The position numbers and the translations under genes are program-made. A stretch of DNA of 58,745 nt, the filler included, from Sphacelaria rigidula (lineage: Eukaryota): assembly GCA_964200075.2 (NCBI GenBank). It is 5 parts of 5 records of this genome, joined end to end, with 100 filler letters (N's around TTAATTAATTAA, not from the genome) between each part and the next. Parts side by side here need not be neighbours in the genome. Positions count along the whole stretch, not along the records: positions 47,078 to 58,745 come from CAXNAA020004644.1; 4 more parts are not named here. The stretch is one strand, 5' to 3'. Positions 50,776 through 58,745 of the stretch are shown here, piece after piece (the first letter of the stretch is position 1; every line of letters starts with the position of its first letter). A model generated the notes under the pieces. The model saw nothing but the letters and a program-made list of their open reading frames with translations, was not told where the DNA came from and did not search any database.

Positions 50776-51487
50776 CTGTTCAACAGACTATTCGAGCGTC
50801 CTAGCAAAATGCTCAAGGGTTGAGCAGTAGCCTGAGGTCAAAATTCGAGGATTAATGAGAGTAAGAAAAACAAAGTTAGAACAATACAGACATCAACAGA
50901 AGAAGATCTGACATGTCAGCGATGACGGAGGCGCAACTTCCCAAGGAAGATAACCTCTCAGCAATGGGGGTAGTTGCTGACAAGAAGCAAGGGTCATTTT
51001 GACGATTTTTAGACAAAAAGCACAATTCTCACAGACAAAAAACATCGTGTCCACCGCTTTGTTACTAACGCAAGGACGTAGTCCCACGTAGGTGTCAGAG
51101 GAACCGAAGGCGTCCCAGAACCCGGGCGTGAATAACCCAAGCGCCCGTGGATCGATCAGTGTCCCTGGGCATGTATGCCAGCAGATGCAACCAGCACCCA
51201 AGTGCAAATACATCTGATGGAAACATGTCACAAATGACAACTACATGACAGAGAAAGCCAACATAAAAGGGTTTGCAATACATGCACTACTACAGACCAC
51301 AGGTAGCTCAAATTTACTGGGGGTGTTTGCTCAATACCACAGTATAGAGAAGGGCTACCTTTGCGAGTAGTGGTGGCGTGACTAAATCAATGATAGTCAC
51401 TCAAAGAAATTGCCCCGATTATGTCATTAGCGAAGCTGATGATCGCCTCGTCCCACCAGCCATAGCCTAGATGGGCTTGAGGCGCAT

Positions 51488-51500
51488 AAAGGGGGGGATA
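51488..51500 (+). other. Polypurine tract
   Basis: AAAGGGGGGGATA immediately before TGTGGAG. Confidence 0.8.
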
Positions 51501-51862
51501 TGTGGAGAATACCTCTTTGCAGTGACATATCAGAGACTGATGCCACACGCGTATGAAGAGCCAGAGCAAGCAGGTACAAGGTGGGAACGGTTCGAATAGA
51601 CCAGATTACCGAGGACCCTGTAATACCAACGATACTAGACAACTCGGGGTGATGCCAGGAAGAGCCTAATATTCAGGACGGTCCAACATCCCCCGAGGAA
51701 TTGGTCGCCCCCAGAGACCACTCCCTGTCTGACCCAACTTCTTGCCCACATCTCACAAGAGCAAATCATCGTCAGCTTCGGAGTTCCTTTGGCATCAGGA
51801 CGACATCTCTCAGGACAGCCTCCCCCTCAGTCTGTCCCCCCCTTCGATACGTCTTCCTTACA
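51501..51862 (+). repeat. 3' LTR (right end approximate)
   Basis: Starts TGTGGAGAA after the PPT; plausible end TTCCTTACA. Confidence 0.6.
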
Positions 51863-54499
51863 ACTGTCTGTATATACTATTAATAGTATCAGAATGAGAT
51901 GCAAACTATGCGATGTTCGACAAGCTTCGTTTTGAGCTGCGTGCCTTTTTTCTTGCGGCGAGCAGTGTGTGACGGATGCCATTTCACTTTGTGGCATGTC
52001 ACCAGGTGCTGCTTCGTTCTGTACGGCTGTGCAAAAAGGGCAAATTCGCCTTTCAACGGCGAGTACCCTTCATGTATTGAGTTGCAAAGAGCGAGGTCAC
52101 ACATGAACTTCGGCTGTTGTGTCTGAGTTTTCCAGCGGAGAAGCCAAGGCGCGAAGAGTGATTTTGATTCCAGACTGCGCACCATGTATGCCTAGGTCGG
52201 GAGAGCCACGATGTTTCACGTGACTGCCTGTACACACTGAAGATGTTGATCTGGACAGGGAGAGCCAGACCGTGCCCAAGCGACTGAAACGATGAGATTC
52301 CTTCCACTCATGCCATGACCCTGACCCCATGGAGCCATGAGAAATTCACTCTCCAATCCCGCAGTCATAGCCGTGTGTAGGACATGCAGCGCGTAGCCAA
52401 TCCGCACATCGTGAAACTCTTGATCGTCAACAATGTCAGCATCGTTCTCAGTAGTTTTTGGATGCGCGACGCTGCTGCTCATGATCTCCAAATTTCCGTA
52501 CTTTATCGTTCTAGCACTATGTCAGGCACGCCTTTCACTGCAGTTACGTTGGTGTGTACCGGCCACAACAGCTGCTGTTCGTGCTCTTGTCTTGTTATCG
52601 TCGCAATGACGGTAAACGTGGGGTGGAAGCTCGGGGGCGTGTGCTTCCCGACTGGTACATACAGAAGCAGGACAACGCGAAATCAATGCAGGACGGGAAT
52701 AGGCTAAGCATGTCACGCCCTGCGGTGCGCCTTGTACCCCTGCACCCTACCGGTATGCAGTGAGCAGGTAGTACCGCCGAATGCCTCACGATCCGGTTGG
52801 TACACAGTAGTAGTATCGTGTCCACACCCGTAGGGTAACCTCTGCATTGAATTAATTAAAACGCATTGTAGTAAATTACAAGCGCGGAGAGCGTTATGTT
52901 CGAGCAGCACGCGCGCTAGCGTTTCCCGTGTTGTCTACATCGTGCCAGCGCGCTTGTGCCTAAAGCGCTGTACTTCCCCGTGGCAGCCCGTCACGGTAGT
53001 GCTCCTCATGTTTCATCACGCTTTATTCGAAAACACGCAGAAGAGATGCCCACGAGTCCATCGTTGTTGCACTTGGATTATGGTGAACCAGTTGTTTTTC
53101 GATAGAACCCCCGCATGCTGCCTGTTGTACCAAATACTATAGTATACCGTACCGGTTCAAAAACGGATACTGTATTATATACAAGTCATCGACATGCTCT
53201 GGTTATCATGAACTGTGTACGAGGCGCGGGTAGCGTAGTTTTTGTCAGGGAATGCTAGGACGCAACCATTCTCAGTCTTACGCCAAAAGAAGAAGAAGAG
53301 AAAAACATACGGAAGAGAATCCGACATCTTTTCGCTCCAATACGCACGCACACACCGCGCAACCCCAAATTCAGCGAGATGGGGTTGTTGTCTGTAGTCT
53401 ACATGACATGTTGTTGAAGTTGCAGCACGTAAAAGCACTAGCAGCGCTTGCACGGCCGTGTTTCCTGAAGTGAGCACCTCTACAGGCGATACCAAGATAG
53501 GTACCGCGTAGAATGACATCATCCAGACGTGCGCAATACGAATCGATGTGTTCGTTTGCCGGGGCAGGAGTCACCCAGCAGGAAGTAAACGAATCTGCGT
53601 GTCAACTTATGCATCCACTGACGTCTCACGCAGTCTGGGCCGAGGGGACTGCGTTTCCAGGGCGTATCGATGGCATCGCCCAAACTCCGTATTTTGCTTC
53701 GTTTTACTAGCGCACCACGTAAAACGTGCCGCCGCTCCGGGACTATGCTGCATGTGTTGTGGTCTACCTCTGTGCCAAGTTTCAGGCTGGTTCAAACAGG
53801 CACGGCGGAGAAATCCATGAGCAAAATAACCCTTGGTTTGTACTGAAAATGCAGTACTAAACCCCGTTGAACCGTCGAAAGATACATGAGGTGCGTATGA
53901 TTTTTGTATGCGGGAATCTTGGCAGTTGATTTTTTTTTTTTTGGCGTAAGACTGTACTGCAGTACAGGCAGTATGAAACACATGATTCGAACGAGACACA
54001 AGACGAAACATTTACATTATTATGATGAATACCTGGGCGTTTTGGTACTGAAACTAGTCCACCAGTCCCTCCACTGCCTACCGTACGAAGATAGCAAGGG
54101 ACGAATCATTGATTCGTCCGGAAATTATTCGATTTTTAGTGTCATTCATCCGTACCGTATGAATGAATCCTCAGGCTTTATTTTCAGCGTTGCAACCCAG
54201 GTACGCGTAGCCCAGGCACGTGAAATGGCGCAAAAGTTGCGTGGAGACCTGTTTTACCAGCGGTCGACGTCTTTCTCACTTTCCAGCAATCAGGCCTCAG
54301 GAATCGTAGACTTCGTGATTCGAATCGGCGATGATTCGCTCAAACCATGGAAGATAGATGCCACATGTAAATTACAAAATAAGTTACGGGCAGACCTTTT
54401 CACTTTAGAGTAGAACGGCTCAGCCGGGACCACTCCGGCTTCACCGCCGAAATCCGAGACGGCAACGTCACGAACACTGAAGTAAATTGAAATTGGAAG

Positions 54500-55263
54500 C
54501 GCACTGGACACAGGGAAATCTATCATAGTATTGGAACTCGTTCTCAATATACCCAAAATTTAAGTAGAGAGTTTGAGATTGTACCCAATCTATCCGAAAG
54601 TTGGGTACGGTATCTGAGGCCGGACCCGATATACCGAAAACCTTGCGTATAAGGTTCACTTTGGCATTCAAGTTCGTATGCAAAATACTCAAACCTGGGC
54701 AGAGTAAACACCGACGTATTGACTGAGTGTCCCACCCATCATTAGGGCTGATTCCCGATCAAACTTAAGCAAACATTCTGATACAGCATATTCGAGAACG
54801 CATTTAATTTGGATCAAAACTACATGGTATGAAACTAGGGTAGAATGGATATTGGGGTATTGTCGAAGGGCGTTCGGATTGTATCGTGTAGACTGCGGTT
54901 ACCGAGGCGATACTCTATGCTCAAGTATAACTGACGGTACTTCCTCGATATTTCAGTAGATGTTTGCAGGTCGTATCCGATGCACCCAAAATTTGAGTAG
55001 AGTATTCGAGGTCGTACATACCCAATCTACCCAACATTTCAGTAGAGTACTTGAGGCCGTTCTCGACCTCGTAACAAATTGATTAGAGTGTTGAGGTCAT
55101 ACCCGAGTGATACCCTATACTCAAGTATTACTAAGAGTGCTTACTCGGTATTTGTGTAGGGTATTTCAGGTCGTATTCGACCTACTCAAGATTTGGGTAG
55201 CGTAAATACTCGAGTATCTTCCTCGAATACTGTAAAGTACATTCTCTACTCGACCTGCCCTTG
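54500..55263. mobile_element. TACTC-rich TIR element, related to 31781-32483
   Basis: Right end CTCTACTCGACCTGCCCTTG; dense TACTC/GAGTA motifs; left end unclear. Confidence 0.65.
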
Positions 55264-56876
55264 GGAACTTTTCACGCAGCTTATTCCACGTACTTCTGCG
55301 GAAGCACATATGATTCCATGGAAGTTCGTCCGTCAAAATATTCACACGGACCTTGCATGAAAGCCCTGAACTCGATGGCAGCTGCTTCGAGATAGCTTCC
55401 ATCGAAGTCGACCGTCATGGAACTAACGAACTTTCATGGAGGTATTTTCGACCACGTTCCATCGAAGCTCTCGTCGACTTCCACGAGCTTTCATGGACGC
55501 TGGTGGAAGTGCGACAGATAGAGTGGGAACTCGATCACGCAGCCCGAGACAACACCTGTCTACAGCAGCGCATGTCATGACTGTAATGTTACAATATTCA
55601 TACAGCGACAACACATACACGGAACGCTTCGGTGCACGAGCGATTTCCGACGTATACGACGCTGGCATCTCAAGGTCGTTGGCCGTGCTTGTCGCTTACC
55701 TAGAAAACACCTGATCGATTTTTATGTGGGTGTGTCCCACCATCATGAAGTTCACCTCGATTACGTCCACGATCTCCTCCGCCACTAACATCCCCGCATA
55801 CCAGAGGAAGAAGTTATTCTTGTTCTCCGAGGCGACGTTGTCCACCTGAGTGGTTGCCGGTAAGAGGCGTTGGGGGGCGGTGATGGAGATCATTGAAATA
55901 CTCCTTTTGTCTGTGGGCATGAATATCCCAAGTACAGATCTGAGGATCGTAACTGGTGGCTCTCGGTTTGCACGTTACAACAATGCATACACTCCAGGCT
56001 CTCGACGACGTGTTCAACATATATTCACGACGATGTGTTCCGTGACGGAGCTGACGTGCCAGTGCGCATGCTTGATAATAAACCCCCCGTCGCCGTCCGG
56101 GTTGTGATGCGTGTCGATCAGCCTTGTGAAGGCGGGATGGACAGCCGTGCACGCGAGATTGCAGCATGTATGGCAAATATTGCGGACGAAGGGCGAGGTA
56201 TTCGGTTGTGGTGGGTTTCGGCACACGTGTAATGCCGTGCAGGACAAGGGAGTGAAGTGTGGCGGTCAGCACGATACGGCCGGACACTTACTCCATCGGC
56301 GGTGGCAGTATGTAGTACGCTGTACTGCCCAATCGTTAGTTTCTGATTAGGAGAATCACGCACCTGCCCCGAGATCCTGAGGTGCGGAGAACACTTCGAC
56401 GCACTGGCCTTCGACTAGCGCACACTGGATTTTCTGGCGCTCTGCATAGCCCCTGGTAACATGTTTAATTATAGCGACGTAGGACACCATGAACCGAGGG
56501 TTACCTTTCGGTAGTAGTGTTGATACAGTAGACGACATCAAGAACGGGTTGTCACCGAAGATGCGCCTAAAACTCCGTAACTGCCGCTCGTCAATGAAAA
56601 AAATCACCTCTGGCCGCCATGTGTAGGGGGGTATACTTTCGGAAGGATATGCGTCGTCTGGTTTGCCGCGTCTACCGACAGCGAGATGTAGTCCAACGGT
56701 TTCCCATCGGCTTTGGCTCGCAGCGCGGCTTGCGTGGTGTCTGCGATGACCTGCCGATCAGCTTGGATCATCTGTCCAACACAGTATGTGCAAGCATCGT
56801 GGAGTGCATGTTTGGAGGAATGCGTTCGATTGCTGTGCAGGACAACCACCGCATAATGGAGGCGCGTGTTGTTGAA

Positions 56877-57084
56877 AACACGGATTTTACAAATTGGGGA
56901 TGGATTTTCTATGGGGGATGAGAACAAGATCCAAATTCGTACGGCGTGGAGTAGTTGTCAATAGCTGCCAGCAAGTGAGGAAATGGAACCACATTTCGAA
57001 CATTTGTTGTGGGTACGAAGATTTTTAATGTCCGGGTTCTCATCCCCAATGAAAATTCACCCCTGATTTGTCAAATCCCATGTT
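56877..57084. mobile_element. MITE in transposase intron
   Basis: TIR AACACGGATTTTACAAATTGGGGATGG...GATGAGAAC / GTTCTCATCCCCAATG...CCCTGATTTGTCAAATCCCATGTT. Confidence 0.75.
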
Positions 57085-57723
57085 TGAAGCATTTCTGACG
57101 TAGTCATCACGACGTAATGTACTCACTTCGAGTGACCACGGACCAAACTGGTACTTGCCACGATTTACTGTAATTGTTGACAGGGCGGCGGTTCATGCTT
57201 CCCCCATCGTGTGATATATGATCGAAACACAAGGGTGATAATAACTTTTGCGGCACCTCCTAGTATGAGATTCATCTTCCGATGCAGTTCGAGGTCATCG
57301 GCGGCTTTTTTGAGGAATGTTGAATCGATTGGGGGCTTCACGCCTGGAGTTCCGTGCAGGGTCTTGTTCAGCTTGATGCATAGATCGCACTTCATATATT
57401 CTCCGCCTACCCTAACCTTGATGTGCGGCCTGTACTTCCTCCAGATTTTGTTGAAGTGCGTTTTTGACGCTCGCGCTTTTGGACGATCAGGGTGGACTCG
57501 GTGAACCTCTTTGCAAAAGTCGTCGTAGAGCACCTGCCAGCACGTGTGTTGTAGTGGCGGAATTCATGAACGAGCAGCAAAGATCCTGTGGGCATAGCGC
57601 AGGAGACTCCCGCTCCTATGCTTCGATTAAAAAGCCGAGGCGGCCCCGTCGTCTTGCGACATACAGTGGCACCCGCCTCGTTACGACAATAATTCACACA
57701 CTTTCCTTAAAATTGAGGATATA

Positions 57724-58019
57724 ACAATGTTTTCGTGAAATTGAGAGTTGAAGGTACGATTGAGAGTGAAAAGTGTCAATTAGTGAATAAGCAGTTTCAG
57801 TTCCGAAATGCACCTTCACCAGGCCCAATATTCTCTCTGTAGTAGCTTGCCACTGAGGCCCTCGACACCCCTGAGTAGGATATCAACGTGTAGCTGTAAG
57901 CACATGGCAGTGATGAGACGACGAAAAGCACACAAGGAATAAAAAATAGGCCATTTTAAAGCGAACGATCAAAGCCACTTTCAATCGGCACTCAACTCTC
58001 AATCTCACGAAAACCTTGT
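57724..58019. mobile_element. Complete MITE with ~45-bp TIR and TA target duplication
   Basis: TA|ACAATGTTTTCGTGAAATTGAGAGTTGA...TCAACTCTCAATCTCACGAAAACCTTGT|TA. Confidence 0.88.
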
Positions 58020-58745
58020 TATATATGTATATATATATTGGGGATGAACCTTGGAAACCTTCATATGCATCGAAATGTTTTCGAAATAAAAATAGAAATG
58101 CACTCTCCGGCTGTGATGAGGTGGTGTCGCTCATCCTAGAAAACAAAATCACCCGTAATCTGTGGAGTCCCGTGCTCGTCAGGGATTCTGAGAAATAGGA
58201 AGGGTTTCTGATACCGGCGTGACCGGAGGGAGAAGTTCTTGTGATTAAAATCGGGTTTCACAAATCGAAGGTGGATTGTTGTTGAGGATGAGCGAGGCCG
58301 AACATCATAGTCAAAATCGTTAACGATCGCGATGGGCTCACAACAGCGTCTTGTAGGACGGGTACCACTGCACAACCTCCTGCTGCTGAAGGCATAGTGT
58401 ATGCACCCGATACATAGATATGGCAACGTTGACCACCAATAGTACCTTCTTCGTTGCAGCGTAGATGACCACAGTAGTCTTGTGGGGCATGGCCTCTCCG
58501 TGCGTCTCACTAAAGTATTCCAACCATGACAAAATACTCTCTTTCTTGCCGTCGGGTTTATGTCGGCAGTCCCTGCAGCACATGTACGCACATACTGTAA
58601 TACAGAGCGAAAGGGGGCGAAGAGGCCCCGGTGCGGGATGGCCCTCCTCTACATCAACCATGGGTATTCGATTATATCTCATAACAGAGGATTCTAAAAA
58701 ATGAGGTTCATCAGTGAAATGAGGTTCGAGCCCAAAACAGTACTT

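Larger units (their letters stand above)
47141..51862 (+). mobile_element. Decayed Ty3/Gypsy LTR retrotransposon (chromovirus-type): pol, 3' region and 3' LTR
   Basis: Domain order RT-RNaseH-integrase-chromodomain, then PPT and TG...CA LTR; several stops and frameshifts. Confidence 0.93.
55700..58572 (-). pseudogene. Intron-rich DUF7869/Sola-like DDD transposase (exons 58446-58572, 57276-57533, 56608-56771, 56364-56452, 56056-56165, 55700-55845)
   Basis: Spliced product has GEAMPH, F.KIWRK..PHIKV...YMKCDLC, ISLSVDAANQ...LP, G.NL.CT, VDNVASENKN, FMMVGHTHIKIDQVFSR; exons open and in phase; two splice sites are non-canonical. Confidence 0.8.

Overview
The window is eukaryotic and repeat-rich. 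Long introns, GT-AG splicing and the repeat families suggest a brown alga or other stramenopile (inference). It is not one locus. Four 100-bp spacers (44 N + TTAATTAATTAA + 44 N) join five near-equal contigs: 1-11672, 11773-23441, 23542-35209, 35310-46977 and 47078-58745. Contig 1 holds the last three exons of an acidic low-complexity protein ending in an atypical RanBP2/NZF zinc finger; its introns contain a decayed KDZ (Kyakuja-Dileera-Zisupton)-like transposase and a ~42-bp repeat array with a palindromic core. Contig 2 holds seven phase-consistent exons of the C-terminal HAND-SANT-SLIDE region of an ISWI chromatin remodeller, with a 5'-truncated LINE, a tRNA-type SINE and MITEs in its introns. 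Contig 3 is mostly transposon debris (MITEs, a hAT dimerisation remnant). Contig 4 has a multi-exon low-complexity gene on the minus strand and a solo LTR. Contig 5 has a decayed Ty3/Gypsy chromovirus and a spliced, intron-rich DUF7869/Sola-like DDD transposase on the minus strand. The most unusual observations are a LINE family whose six copies end in poly(C) or C-rich tails directly after the ORF2 stop, the intron-rich transposase, and the KDZ remnant. All family calls rest on motif recognition by eye; no database search was run.
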